NCBI GenBank assembly: GCA_038231135.1
Contig: JBBRLX010000019.1
Span: 1 to 64,000 of the forward strand
Direction: 5' to 3'
Length of the DNA stretch: 64,000 bases
Source of the DNA: Candidatus Eiseniibacteriota bacterium
GTDB lineage: Bacteria > Eisenbacteria > RBG-16-71-46
Shown: piece by piece, positions 9,439-21,300 of the stretch
Layout: each line of letters opens with the position of its first letter
How positions within the stretch are numbered: position 1 is the stretch's first letter
Notes under the pieces: model-generated
What the model was told of the DNA's origin: nothing
What the model saw: only the letters and a program-made list of their open reading frames with translations
Databases searched by the model: none
Made by a program: the position numbers and the translations under genes

Positions 9439-10887
9439 ATGGGCGTACGACCGGTTCCCCGGGTACCGCGACCGTCTCTCATGGTTGCCGGCGGGGTCGC
9501 CATCGCCGCCCTCGTCGTGATCGTGGTCGCGTTTCGGCTCGCTGACATCAATTCTTACAAGCCTCAGCTCGAGGCGGCCGGTTCCCGCCTGCTGGGTCTG
9601 GACGTGACGGTCCGGGGCCGGATCGGGATCGACCTGCTGCCGAGCCCGCACCTGACTCTGAACGACGTCCACCTCTCGAGCCGGGGATCGGAACTCTGCT
9701 CTTCGGAACGAGCGCGACTATGGATCGATTGGCTCCCACTGCTCCGGGGCGAGACGCGCATCGACGGGGTGGCGCTCGCGCAGCCAAGGTTCTCGATCGC
9801 GCGCGCCCGCGACGGCGCCTACAACGTCTCGGGGCTCACCCACGCGGCCGAGCTGATTCGCGACCATGATCTCCCATCGCTGTCGATGGCGGATGGCAGC
9901 CTGCTCTTCACGGACGCCGGATCCGGCACGACGTTCGAGCTGCGCGATTTCGACTTGTCCATGAAGCACCTGCGGCTTCACGGCGGAGGATTACCGGACC
10001 GCTGGAGGAACCCGTCGTTCACAGCCAGGTTCGACTGTCGTGAAGCCCGGAGCGGCAAGGTCGTGGTGTCGGGCCTCGAGCTCGCCGCCGTGGGCAGGGA
10101 CGCGGAACTCACGCTCGATCCGATCACGCTGCACGTGTTCGGCGGCGATGGATCGGGATCGGTTCGCGCGAACCTGTCGGATTCCATTCCGGTCGTCGCG
10201 GTCCGGGGTTCCCTGCGGCAATTCCGCATCGAGGAGTTCTTCGCGACGTTCCTGCCGAAGAAGACGGCGGAAGGCGCCATGGATCTCACCGCGAGCCTCG
10301 CGATGCGCGGAAGGACCACGAGCCAATGGATCCGGACGGCGTCCGGGGAGGTCACGGTTCATGGGAGGTCCATCACGCTCGACGGCGGCGATCTCGACAA
10401 GACGATTCAGCGCTTCGATTCGAGTCAGAGCTTCAACCTCGTCGACTTGGGAGCGTTGTTCCTCGCCGGCCCGTTCGGCCCCGCCGTCACGAAGGGCGTC
10501 GATTTCGGCAGGGCCCTCGAGGGCACGAGCGGCGGGAGCAGGATTGGATTGCTCGTTTCCAGATGGCGGGTCGGTCGCGGCGTGGCTCAGGCACAGGACG
10601 TGGCCATGGCGACGAACGCCAACCGGATCGCGATGCAGGGCGGGCTCGACTTCGCCAGCCGGCAATTCAGCGACGTGACGTTCGCCGTGGTCGACGCGAA
10701 CGGCTGTGCCCGCGTGCAGCAGCGGGTGCGCGGTCCGTTCGCGAAACCGGTGATCGACAAACCCGAGGCACTCGTGGCCCTCGTGCACCCGGTGCTGCAT
10801 CTCCTCGGGACATTGCGGGGCATCCTTCCCGCCAAGCCGTGCGTGCCGTTCTATACGGGATCGGTCCCGCCACCCGAAGCGAAGTGA
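9439..10887 (+). CDS. AsmA family protein
   Basis: N-terminal TM anchor, DIN.YKP.LE....LG.DV.V.G.I...LLP motif, extended beta-rich AsmA-like body. Confidence 0.85.
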   Translation: MGVRPVPRVPRPSLMVAGGVAIAALVVIVVAFRLADINSYKPQLEAAGSRLLGLDVTVRGRIGIDLLPSPHLTLNDVHLSSRGSELCSSERARLWIDWLPLLRGETRIDGVALAQPRFSIARARDGAYNVSGLTHAAELIRDHDLPSLSMADGSLLFTDAGSGTTFELRDFDLSMKHLRLHGGGLPDRWRNPSFTARFDCREARSGKVVVSGLELAAVGRDAELTLDPITLHVFGGDGSGSVRANLSDSIPVVAVRGSLRQFRIEEFFATFLPKKTAEGAMDLTASLAMRGRTTSQWIRTASGEVTVHGRSITLDGGDLDKTIQRFDSSQSFNLVDLGALFLAGPFGPAVTKGVDFGRALEGTSGGSRIGLLVSRWRVGRGVAQAQDVAMATNANRIAMQGGLDFASRQFSDVTFAVVDANGCARVQQRVRGPFAKPVIDKPEALVALVHPVLHLLGTLRGILPAKPCVPFYTGSVPPPEAK

Positions 10888-11148
10888 GCCCTCCGGAATT
10901 ACGTGGCGCCCGCGCCTGCGAGATCGTCCCACCCGCCCTGCGCGGAAGGTGTGACGCCCGGCGGCCACGCGAGTTTCGCCGTCACCCATGCCGCAACGCG
11001 CCGGGGCCGGATACCCGCCGTTCAGCCGGCCGGGCGAACATGGCATCTCGCGATGGGCGTCACGACTGAGCCGCTTGCCTGGCCCGCCGCGCTGGCCGTA
11101 GCCGAAAGTCGCGTTCACCGCGCGCCGTTCCCAGAGGAAAGGTCTCCC

Positions 11149-11949
11149 GTGACTCCTGTACAGCAACGTCCGGCAGCCAGCGACGTGCGCACGATGTTGA
11201 ACAAGGTGCCGGCGATTACCGCGTTCTTCTGGATCATCAAGGTGCTGTGTACGACCGTCGGCGAGACGTTTGCCGATTTCCTGAATACGAATCTGAAGCT
11301 GGGCCTGGTCAATACGACCTGCGCCATGGGCGCCCTGCTGGTCGTCACCCTGGTGTTCCAGTTCCGGTCCCGGAAATACGTTCCCGGCATCTACTGGCTT
11401 GCGGTCGTGCTGCTCAGCATCGTGGGCACGCTGATCACCGACAACCTGACCGACAACCTCGGCGTATCGCTCGTCACGACCACGATCGTGTTCGGCGTCC
11501 TGCTGGCGATCACGTTCGGCGCCTGGTACGCCAGGGAGCGCACCCTCGCGATTCACACGATCCATACCACCCGCCGCGAGGCCTTTTATTGGGCGGCCAT
11601 CCTGTTCACGTTCGCACTGGGGACCGCGGCCGGCGACCTCGTGGCGGAGAGCCTGCACGTGGGCTACCTGATGTCGGCCGTGATGTTCGGCGCGGTGATC
11701 GCGCTCGTCGCCGTGGCTCACTTCCGCTTCAGGCTGAACGGCGTCCTGGCCTTCTGGATCGCCTACATCCTCACCCGGCCACTGGGCGCATCGATCGGAG
11801 ACCTGCTGTCGCAATCGCCGAAAGACGGCGGCCTGGGATTGGGCACGGTCGGAACCAGTGCGCTGTTCCTCGTGACGATTCTGATCCTGGTCGTGTATCT
11901 GGCGATCACCAAGCGCGACACGCTGCGCATGGAACCCGCGACGATCTGA
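11149..11949 (+). CDS. COG4705/DUF347 family membrane-anchored protein
   Basis: NKVP.IT..FWIIK.L.TTVGET.AD, E.FYW.AIL.TFALGTA.GD and FWIAYILTRPLGAS.GD repeats. Start is GTG 11149 (or ATG 11193). Confidence 0.9.
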   Translation: MTPVQQRPAASDVRTMLNKVPAITAFFWIIKVLCTTVGETFADFLNTNLKLGLVNTTCAMGALLVVTLVFQFRSRKYVPGIYWLAVVLLSIVGTLITDNLTDNLGVSLVTTTIVFGVLLAITFGAWYARERTLAIHTIHTTRREAFYWAAILFTFALGTAAGDLVAESLHVGYLMSAVMFGAVIALVAVAHFRFRLNGVLAFWIAYILTRPLGASIGDLLSQSPKDGGLGLGTVGTSALFLVTILILVVYLAITKRDTLRMEPATI

Positions 11950-11959
11950 GGGGCGGCGG

Positions 11960-12811
11960 CTACGGCGCGAACACCATCCGCCGAGTGACGACCGTCCCCG
12001 CAGCCTCGAGTCGCACGAAGTACACGCCGGCCTTCAGGATATGCCCGGTGTCGTCACGGCCCGTCCAGGGTTCCGTGTGCCGGCCGGCGTCCCGCACGTC
12101 GTTCACCAGCGAGCGCACACGGCGTCCCGCCACATCGAGCACATCGAGGCGCACGGGCCCGCGGCGGCCGGTCGAATAGTCGAGCGTGGTGCCCCGGTGG
12201 AACGGATTCGGCCGGGCCGGCGCGAGCGCGAGGCGGGAGGGCGGGTCACCGCCGACCGAGACCGAGGCGGCGGTCCCGACGAGACGCACTCCGAAGTTGG
12301 CTTTGGGATCTCCACCGAACCAGTAGAGGTTGCCGTTCTCGAGATACAGATCGTGGCTGCTGCCCACCGCGGGCGTGCCGCGGAGGATCCACCCCGCGGT
12401 CGTGCTCGTGAACTGAACTCCCACCCACAGGTTGGGGCCCACGGCCAGCGCATGGGAGAGCGGGATGGCGACCGCCCCGCGCCCTCGCGGCAGTCCCGTC
12501 ACGACGAACGGTCCCGCGAGCAGCGTGGCGCCGAGGTCGAGCCCTCCCGGATTGTCGTAGAGCTTCACCGTGGCCGACAGCGTCCCCGCGAGCGCTGGAT
12601 CGAAGTACTCGACCACCAGCGTGTCGAGCATGCCGCCCGACGCCAGGTGCAGGTCGTCGAGCACCTCTGCGCCGCCCTGCGCGCCGTAGTAGGCGTTGGC
12701 GGGATTGCCCGTGTTGTCGTAGAGCCGCGTGAGGGCAGACGACGACGACGGCGCCGGGATGACGGACGTGGTCAGACCCGCCGCCAGTGCGATCGCGGCG
12801 AACACCGTCAA
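11960..12811 (-). CDS. Secreted protein with a ~150-aa uncharacterised domain and a FlgD-Ig/T9SS-like C-terminal domain
   Basis: Signal-like N-terminus, domain paralogous to the upstream gene, PNP...DVAGRRVR...WTGRDD...GVYFVRL. Overlaps the upstream stop. Confidence 0.8.
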   Translation of the reverse strand: MTVFAAIALAAGLTTSVIPAPSSSSALTRLYDNTGNPANAYYGAQGGAEVLDDLHLASGGMLDTLVVEYFDPALAGTLSATVKLYDNPGGLDLGATLLAGPFVVTGLPRGRGAVAIPLSHALAVGPNLWVGVQFTSTTAGWILRGTPAVGSSHDLYLENGNLYWFGGDPKANFGVRLVGTAASVSVGGDPPSRLALAPARPNPFHRGTTLDYSTGRRGPVRLDVLDVAGRRVRSLVNDVRDAGRHTEPWTGRDDTGHILKAGVYFVRLEAAGTVVTRRMVFAP

Positions 12812-15318
12812 TCCAGGATCACGAACCGGCCGCGATGCACCGTGCCCGCGACGTCTGCCCGGTAGAAGTAGATCCCGGTGCCGAGCCTCGCGCCATGCTC
12901 GCGGGTCAGCGAGAATCGGTGCGTGCCGGCCGCGGCCTGCGCTTCGTTGGCCAGTACGCGGACGGCGCGGCCCGTCACGTCGAACAACTCGACGCGCAGC
13001 CTGCCCGGCCGCGCCAGCGACAGTCCGAGCGTGGCACGGCCCGCGGCCGGATTCGGGAACACCACGGGGCGCGCGTAGTCCACTGCCGCGTCGTCCGTCA
13101 CCGAAGCGACGGGTGGGGTCAGGACCTCGATCATCAGGTCGTCAGCCTGGAACGCCTCGCGCGCCACGGTCGGCTGATCCAGTACCTGCAGGTCCCACAA
13201 CGAATGCGCCTTGAGCGTGAAGATGTCGAGCACGAGTTGCTGCCAGGCCGGGCTCAATGTCTTCACCGGAGAGAACACCGTCTGCTGGTTCACGTCGTTG
13301 AAATAGTCGCGCACGCGGATTCGGGCCGTGCCGTGGCCGGCATCGGAACGCACCCACGCGGTCACGCGGTAGTGGGTGCCGGCGGGCCCGGTGTCCGGCA
13401 GCCAGGCCGGCGAATCGTTGAGTCCGAACTCGGCTGTACTGCCGGGGCCGGTGAGCAGAGCCGCGAACGACGAGCCGCCGTGTCCCGGCGAGGTCTGCGC
13501 CAGCGTTCCACCGCCATACTCCTCCCAGCCCGTGAGCCCCGTCTCGAAGCCCGCGCTCGACAGCACGTAGGAGTTGAGCGCGAACGTCGCGGTGATCGCC
13601 TTGCCCCGGATCATCGCCACCGGCAGCGGGCTCGTGCCGGCGGTCGTATCCCCGCTCCAGCCCACGAAGTGCGAACCTGCCGCGGCGCTCGCCGACAGCG
13701 TCACCGGGGTGCCGTGGTCGTAGGTGGCCTGCGCCGGGCTGACACCGACCGTGCCGTTCCCAATGACGGTCACGCTCAGCGTGTAGGTGTTGATCGCGAA
13801 CGTCGCGGTGATCGTCTTGCCGCGGATCATCGGGACCGGCAGCGGGTTGGAGCTTGCGGCGGTGTCGCCGCTCCAGGCGACGAAGTGCCACCCGAGGGTC
13901 GGGACCGGAGTCAGCGCCACGAGTGTTCCGTAGTCATAGGCGGCCTGCACGGGCGCCGTCACCACCGCGCCGCTGCCCGTCGTGGTCACGGTCAGCGAGT
14001 AGCGGTCAATCGCGAACGTGGCCGTGATCGATTTGCTGCCGTCCATCACCACCGGCAGGGGATTCACCGCACCCGACGCGTCGCCGCTCCAGCCCACGAA
14101 GTGCCAGCCGGTCGCGGGCGTCGCGGTCAGCGTCACCGGCGTGCCGTGGTCGTACGAGGCCTGCTGCGGATTGACCGCCACCGTGCCGTTCCCCACGGGA
14201 GTCACGGCCAGCGTGTAGGTGTTGATCGCGAACGTCGCCGTGATCGTCTGGTTGCCGTCCATCGTGACCACCAGCGGGTTCGCATTCCCCGCGGCATCGC
14301 CGCCCCAGCCCGCGAAGTGCCACCCGGTCGCGGGAGTGGGGGTCAGCGTCACCAGCGTGCCATGATCGTACGCGGCCTGCGGCGGATCGGCCCCAACGGT
14401 GCCGTTGCCCACCACGTTCACGGTCAGCGTGTGCGTGTCGATCGCGAACGTCGCGACGATCGATTTGTCGCCATCCATCGTCACCGACAGTGGATTGTCC
14501 GCGCCGGACGCATCGCCGCCCCAGCCCACGAAGTGCCAGTGCGCCGCGGCGGCCGCGTTCAACTGAACCGCAGCGCCATCGAGGTAGCTGGCGAGATCCG
14601 GGCTCTTCGTCACGGTTCCGAGCCCGAGCGTGGTGGCGTTCAGCCGGTAGAGCGGAACGTCGATCAGCCGCACCGCGAAGTTCGCCTTCGGATCTCCGCC
14701 GAAGCTGAACAGGTTGCCGTTCTCGAGGTAGAGATCGTGGCTGACGCCCACCGACGGCACGTTGTTGATGATCCATCCCGCGGTCGCGCTCGAGAACTGG
14801 ACGCCGACCCACACGTCAGTGCCCACGACCGGCGCATCCGGCAGGGGCACCGCGACGATCTGCCGACCCCGCGCGAGACCGGAGACCGTATACGGGCCGG
14901 CCAGGGGAGTGGTGCCGAGATCGAGGCCGCCGGGATTGCCGTAGATCGTCACGGTCGCGGACAGCGTGCCGCCCACGGCCGGGTCGTAGTACTCGAACAC
15001 CAGGGTGTCGACCGACCCGCCCCTCACCAGGTGCAGATCGTCGATTGCCTCCGCGCCACCCTGCCCCGCGTAGTAGGTGTTGTCCGGATTGCCGGTGTTG
15101 TCGTAGAGCGTGCCTCCGGCGAGCACATGGTTCGTACGGCCACGCGCAACGCCGGGAGGGGCGATGGCGGTCGCACCCACCCTGAGTCTCGGAACCGGCG
15201 ACGCGGCCGCCGCGGTCACGACCAGCACTGCGCACAGCGCCGCCGCGATCCCCACGTAGCCCGCGGGGATTCGCGTCCCGGGAACGCTTTCGACGGTATC
15301 GTCGCAGGCCGCCGTCAT
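12808..15318 (-). CDS. Secreted protein with five divergent InlB B-type repeats, a CBM4/9-like domain and a T9SS-like C-terminal domain
   Basis: ATG 15318 overlaps the upstream TGA (ATGA). Repeats T.T.V.GNGTV...Y.HGT.VTL.....GWHF.GW.GD, a GFETGLTGW domain, and a PNP...GIYFYR tail. Confidence 0.85.
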   Translation of the reverse strand: MTAACDDTVESVPGTRIPAGYVGIAAALCAVLVVTAAAASPVPRLRVGATAIAPPGVARGRTNHVLAGGTLYDNTGNPDNTYYAGQGGAEAIDDLHLVRGGSVDTLVFEYYDPAVGGTLSATVTIYGNPGGLDLGTTPLAGPYTVSGLARGRQIVAVPLPDAPVVGTDVWVGVQFSSATAGWIINNVPSVGVSHDLYLENGNLFSFGGDPKANFAVRLIDVPLYRLNATTLGLGTVTKSPDLASYLDGAAVQLNAAAAAHWHFVGWGGDASGADNPLSVTMDGDKSIVATFAIDTHTLTVNVVGNGTVGADPPQAAYDHGTLVTLTPTPATGWHFAGWGGDAAGNANPLVVTMDGNQTITATFAINTYTLAVTPVGNGTVAVNPQQASYDHGTPVTLTATPATGWHFVGWSGDASGAVNPLPVVMDGSKSITATFAIDRYSLTVTTTGSGAVVTAPVQAAYDYGTLVALTPVPTLGWHFVAWSGDTAASSNPLPVPMIRGKTITATFAINTYTLSVTVIGNGTVGVSPAQATYDHGTPVTLSASAAAGSHFVGWSGDTTAGTSPLPVAMIRGKAITATFALNSYVLSSAGFETGLTGWEEYGGGTLAQTSPGHGGSSFAALLTGPGSTAEFGLNDSPAWLPDTGPAGTHYRVTAWVRSDAGHGTARIRVRDYFNDVNQQTVFSPVKTLSPAWQQLVLDIFTLKAHSLWDLQVLDQPTVAREAFQADDLMIEVLTPPVASVTDDAAVDYARPVVFPNPAAGRATLGLSLARPGRLRVELFDVTGRAVRVLANEAQAAAGTHRFSLTREHGARLGTGIYFYRADVAGTVHRGRFVILD
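13573..14649 (-). repeat. Five tandem ~216-bp (72-aa) InlB B-like coding repeats
   Basis: Recurrent ATFAI[DN]T.TL and W[HS]F.[GA]W[SG]GD at 72-aa spacing. Confidence 0.85.
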
Positions 15319-18300
15319 CGCACGATCACCATTCGGCGGGTGGCCGAGAACGAACCGGCGCGCATGCGATAGAAGTAGATGCCCCCGCGCAGCTCCCGGG
15401 GCTGGATCGACACGTCGTACCAGCCGGGAGGCTGAGTCGCGTTGACGATCCTGCGCACCCGGCGGCCGTTTACGTCGAACAGTTCGAGCGATACATGAAC
15501 AGCGGTCGGCAGCGCGTAACGCAGCGTCGCCGTGCCGTTCCCGAGCAGCGGGTTCGGCTGGCTCGCGCCCAGATCGAACGCCACGGGGAGGCTGAGATTC
15601 TCGATCACGACGCCATCGGACGCCAGTGCCAGCGGATGCGCCGAGGAGCCCAGCACCGCATCCGCCTCGAACGTCACCGAGCCCTGCACCTCGTACACCT
15701 TGCCACTCGTGCGATCGAGGGCCTGGAAGTGAACGGTCTCGCCCCGCGTCGCGTTGCTGCGCACCATCATGAAGAGGAGCGTCCGATCGAGCGCGGCCAC
15801 GTGGACCGGCACCGCGATGCCACGCACTTCTCCGTCCACGAGTGCCGCCACCTGGTATTGCGGGCCCAGGGACAGCCCCGTGAGCTGCGCGGTCACCACC
15901 ATGTCGTATTGATACGCGTGATAGTCGAGCTCGAACCCGGGTAGTCCGGTCGCGCTCGCCGGGGTCTCCGGTGACGCGCCGGTCGCCGCGGTCCCGCCAC
16001 CCGCGGGCGTGGCGGCCGCCACCAACGGTCCCGCGGGGCTGGTGTCGGTGTACGTGAACTGGCCCGCCGCCGGGTTCGAGCGGTAGAGCTCGTAGCCCAA
16101 ACCGGGCTGCATCTGAGCCAGGCTGCCCGCCCACGCCGACGGACTGAATTCGGCGAACGCGGTCTGGCTGCGCAGGACGTCGGCGGTGGCGGAGCTCAGC
16201 CCGCCGAGCGCGGTGGTGACGACGCGCGCATCGTCCGGCGTGTAGCCGATCCAGTTCCAGCCCTTCTTGACCGGGATGGGATAGCCGCTCGGCAGCACGC
16301 GCGTGCTCTCGTAGCGGATCTCGCCCGCGGTCGTGGTCTTCATCCGGTAGCTCTTCGTGACCGCGATCGTATCGAGCGTGCCGATCCAGCCGGCCGTGGC
16401 GTCGAACATCGAGATCGAGCCGTCCTGGGCCTTGACCAGGTCGCCGGCCGCCGGCACGAGATTGCTCAGGACCGCCGCGACGGTGCGGTCGTCCTGGGTG
16501 CTCGGGCGCCGGTTGACCGAGAACCACGTCCAGCCGGCGTTGACCGGGATGATCTGCTCGTTCGCGGGAGAGGGCGTGCGCGTGAAGATGTCGAGCGGCC
16601 CGGCGAACGACCCGTACGTGCTGTCCGCGATGAACTTCGGCGTCTGGTTGGTGGCCGTATAGGTCTTCGAAGTGCGGGAATCCCACACCTGGAAGTGGAT
16701 ACGCTCGAACGCGGGCGGCCTGCCGTAGACGGTGAGGAAGTAGCGCCAGCCGTCGCTCACGTGCAGCGGATGGGCGATGCCACGGACCTCGTTGCCGACG
16801 AACGCGGCGAGGATGTCGTCGGGGGAGACCGAGGAGTCGGCCCCCACCCCCACGAACACGCGGGCGCGCACCGTCATGCTGTGCTCATAGCCTGCCGGGT
16901 CCAGCGTCCAGGTGGGCGGCACGCGGAGCACGTTGACATGCACGTTCAGCGTCGCCGAGTGCGGAGTCGTGGGTGGGTTGGTCGTCGCGGTCGCGGTGAC
17001 CGTGGTGTCGTAGGCGCCCAGCGCCGTCGCCGCGGCAATCTGGAACGACACCGACACCCGACTCTTCGCGGGAACGGTGTACGTGGGGGGAGTGTCCGCC
17101 GCGAGCCACGCGGGCAGCGTGCTCAGCGCATACGTCACCGGCTGGTTCAATCCGTTGATCAGGTCCATTGCAACGCGGCCGCCCGAGCCAAATCCGACGT
17201 CCTGCGACACGCTCGCGTCGGCCCACGCCAGATCGCCCTGCCGGACGATGAACGTCCACGACCGGGTGCCCGACGGGTTGCCGACGAGATCCTTGATGCC
17301 GGTCACGGTCGCGCGCAACGTGCGGCCTTCGAACGCCGACAGATCGGTCGACGGGGTGAGCACGAGCGTCCGGCCGTTGCACGTCGCGTGCACGTCCAGC
17401 GCCTGCGTCGGGCTCAGCGCCTCGAGCGTGACGTTCGTTCCGTTGGCCGAGGCGCAGTCGATGTTCTCGTTGTACGTGATCGAGATGTCCTCGCCGAACG
17501 ACAGGGTGCCATCCGCCGGCTGCGGGGTTCCGAACACCACGGGAGGGGTGCGGTCGATGACGCCGGTGGCAGGGCCGGACACACCCTTCCCTCCGGAGCA
17601 ACGGGTGAACGCCCGCACGGCGTACGTGCCCTCCGGAATCCCTGCCATCGGCCACTTGATCGAGACGCTCTGGGGAATCCCGGAGAGGCTCAGCGGCACG
17701 GAGGCCGCCGGAATCTCGGGCCCGATCGGCAGCCAGTGATCCGTGCCCGCGAGCTGATACTCGGCCCCGACCGAAACCAGGCTGTCCTTCTCGCTGATGG
17801 CGAGCTGGAAGTCGGTGAGGATCAACGCGAGGGAATCGGTGCCCGCGGCGACCGACCATCCCGGTTCCGGCCGCAGCAGCGTGATGTCGCTGCATGGCGC
17901 GTCGAACGCCACACTGACCTTCACCGTATCCGCCAGGTGCAACGGGCCGCCATTGCGGAACAGCTCGTATTCGCACGGCGGGACCATGGCGATCTGGAGA
18001 TCGTCGTAGAAGTAGCGGTTGGGGCCGCGTTCCACGGTCATCGTCGCCTGGCGGGTCTCGCCGGCATTGAGGAAGAACGACAGACCGGAGGGAACCGTCT
18101 GCCCGTCGATCTTGATGACGGCGCCGCCGGGGTTCGACTCCTGGATCGGCAGGATCAGGTACTCGCGAGTCCCCTCCGCCTGGCTGTCGTTCGTCATGTT
18201 GAGCGTGAACACCGCGGGTGATCCGATGGGAACGCTGTTGCGCACCGGCGGCTCCACGGTCAGCTTGGCGCCGTCCACCGGCTGGCTGCGCGGCGCGCCC

Positions 18301-21300
18301 GTGCGCGGATCCGGCCACGGCTCCCACGGACACGAGCTGGTGCCGGCGACGAGGTCGAAGATCGGCGTGCCGTACAACACGTCCTTCTTCACGTCGACGC
18401 TGAACACGTCACCGATGTCGTTGTCGGACAACGTGTATCCGGTTGTGCGCGAGCTGGTGGCGGTCGAGGCGCCCTCGCGTTCCAGTGAGAAGTCGAACTT
18501 CGAACTCCATTTCGTCTCGACACCGTTGCCGGCGATCTTGAACTCCATGCCTTCGGAGATCTCGGCCTTGGTGAACGCTTCGAAGCTCCAGTTCGTGGAC
18601 TTCGATTCGTCCACGGTCGAGCTGTAAGAATATTCCGCCCCCGCGCTGAACGAGCGGTTCTTCTCGAGCGGCGCCACGCGCTTCAGCGAGTCGTTCAGGT
18701 CGAGATGCGCCTGCCAGTTCGTCCGCGCCGAGTTGAATTCAGCGCTATCGCTGGGCGCCAGGCGCGCCAGCTCGGAAAGCTGGGGGATGATCGTGTTGCG
18801 GATGTGCCAGTCCGTGTAGTTGTAGACCGAGCGCACCTTGTCGAGCCCCATCGCGATTTCCACCGAGGTCACGACCCGGCAGCCCTGCACGCGTACGACA
18901 TCGGTCTTCGCGAACAGCAGGTTCATCGCGAGGCCCATGTAGACGTCGCCGTCGCGGCCGATGAACAGGTCGTCGGACGAGGTGCGGAACTCCTGGTTCG
19001 TCTTGGCACAGATCTCGAGCTCGTTCCCCTCCTTCGCCTTGAAGCCCAGCGTGACGCCGCCCGCCAGCGTGACGTCAACGTGCGTCGGCGTCATGTAGAT
19101 GAAGCCGAGCAGCGCCTCGATGCCGAAGTGCACCTTGCCTTCGACGCTGGCGGAACTGCCCTGCTGCGAGATGCCCGAGATCTTGCTGCAGAACGTCGAC
19201 TCCTGTTCGACGAAGCTGAATGAGTGATCGCCCGGCGGATCGTGCAGGATGAGCAGCGGCACGCCGTCGGCTTCGGCCGTGAACGTGGCCGTGCGCGGCC
19301 GCTGACCGGTTACGATCACCCAGTCAATGTGCGTGACCGGATCCTCACCCTCGGCCTCGGCCACGACCGTCAGTGACTTCTGGTACGAACGGTCGTGCCC
19401 CTGCGAATCGATGCGGCCGGCGAAGATGTTCGGCGTGTTCGCCGCGGTCTCGTAGGGCTTGAGGCCGTTGTCCGTCTGCAGCTTCGCCACGCCGTTCTTG
19501 ACGACGAGCGTCACCGGGTTCTTCTCCTGGTCGATGATCTCGTCGAATACCGTGACGGTGCCGGTGTCGACCGGGCACCTGCCGAGTGTGCCGTAGTCCT
19601 CGAACACGTTGATCGTCATGGGGAAGCGCTGCATCTGGTCGATCACGGGAACGCCGAGCGGGCAGGAGGGGTCCGCGACCGGCAGCCCGCTCACCTCGAC
19701 CTCGAGCGGCGCGCGATACTTGAAGTCGAGGGTGTAGTTCGCCGTCGACAGATCGACCTCGCGCGCGCCGAGCTTGTCGAAGAAGCGGATCACGTCCGCC
19801 TGGTCCGGTCCGCCCGGCGCGCCCACGATGCCCGTGACGCGCACGAAGAACTTGAGCGGCGGCAGCGCCTCGTCGTACTGGGCGGCGGTGGTGATGGTAC
19901 GGCTGAAGCAGCGGTCCTCGCTCTCGATGGCGAGCGTCAGCGTCCCGATCGGGATGTTGCAGCCGCCGGCCACGAGTCCCGACAGATGGCGCACGGTCGT
20001 GTCGAGGAAGTTCAGGTTGGCCAGATCACCGGTGACGCCGGCCAGATGGATGATGGGCGGGGAGAACGTGTGGCCCGCCTGTCGGGCCTCGAGGGTGTGG
20101 TCGCCCGGCGGCACCGGAACCGAGAAGTGGCCGCTGCCGTCGGTCGAACCGCGCAGAACGCCGTCCACGTAGATCTCGACGTTGGCCGCGAGGCACGACG
20201 TGTTGCTGTAACTGACGAGGCCGGAGGCGGCGAACGACGTGATGTCCGTGAACCCGACCTCGTTCTGCACCGGGCTGCCGGTCGAGAGTGTGATCGTCTT
20301 GAACGCCGGCGTGAACTGGTGCCCGGCGATCGTGGGGATCACCTTGAACGTGGTGGAGGTGCCGTAGCGCAGCTTCGCCAGCACGTAGTTGCCCTGGTTG
20401 TCCGTCACTGCGCAGGCACTCATCGGCGGGGCTTCGTTGATCCAGGTGGCGCCGCCCGAGATGCGGCCGTAACGATTGCCGCGCAGCTCCTCGGCGCCCG
20501 AGCCCTGGGAATCGTTGAGCGGCCAGTACGCGACCAGCCCGCTCTCGTTGCCTGCCAGGAACTCCGGCATGAACTCCTGGATCTGCGCCTGCGTGCGAAC
20601 GTGATCCCACACCCGGATGTCGTCCATCGCGCCGGCGAGCGTGGCGCCGAATGCCAGCGCTCCCCCGCCCTCGAGCGTCACACCCGCGGCGCCAATTCCG
20701 GAGTACGCCGGCAGCCCGTCCTTGTAGACGTGCAGCGCGCCGCTCGCGCTGGTCCAGTCGATCGCGATGTGATGCCAGCCGCCATCGTCGATCGCCACGC
20801 CGGTCGGCGCGGCGCTGCCGTTGAGCGAGATCGCGAGATTGCCCGGGTTCTTCACTGCGAACACGTCCACCGTCGCCGCGGTTGAATAGGCCATCAGCGT
20901 TCCCGCCGCGCCGGCGTGCCCGCGATACCAGAACTCGGTGGTGAACGTCGCGCCGAACACGCCGCCGTCCGCGACGGCGATGTTGCCGCCCGAGCCGTCG
21001 AACAGGATCGAGCGGTTCGGCGCCGGATCCAGGCAGACGTTCGCGCCGCTGACGCCGGCACCTGCGAAGGTCGCGACGCGGCCGGTGATGTTGCCGTCGG
21101 GAGGCCGCCGGCCGAAGTCGCAGCCGCGCACGGACTCGTTCGAGACGGCGCCCGACGGACGAGCCGCCGAATCGATGATCGCGGTTACGCAGTATTCGTA
21201 GGTCCGTCCCGGCGCCGCGTCCACGTCGGTGTAGATCCGGGTGTTGGGATCCACAGTCGCGATCAGATCACCGTCGCGGTAGACGCGGAAGCCGCTCTCG

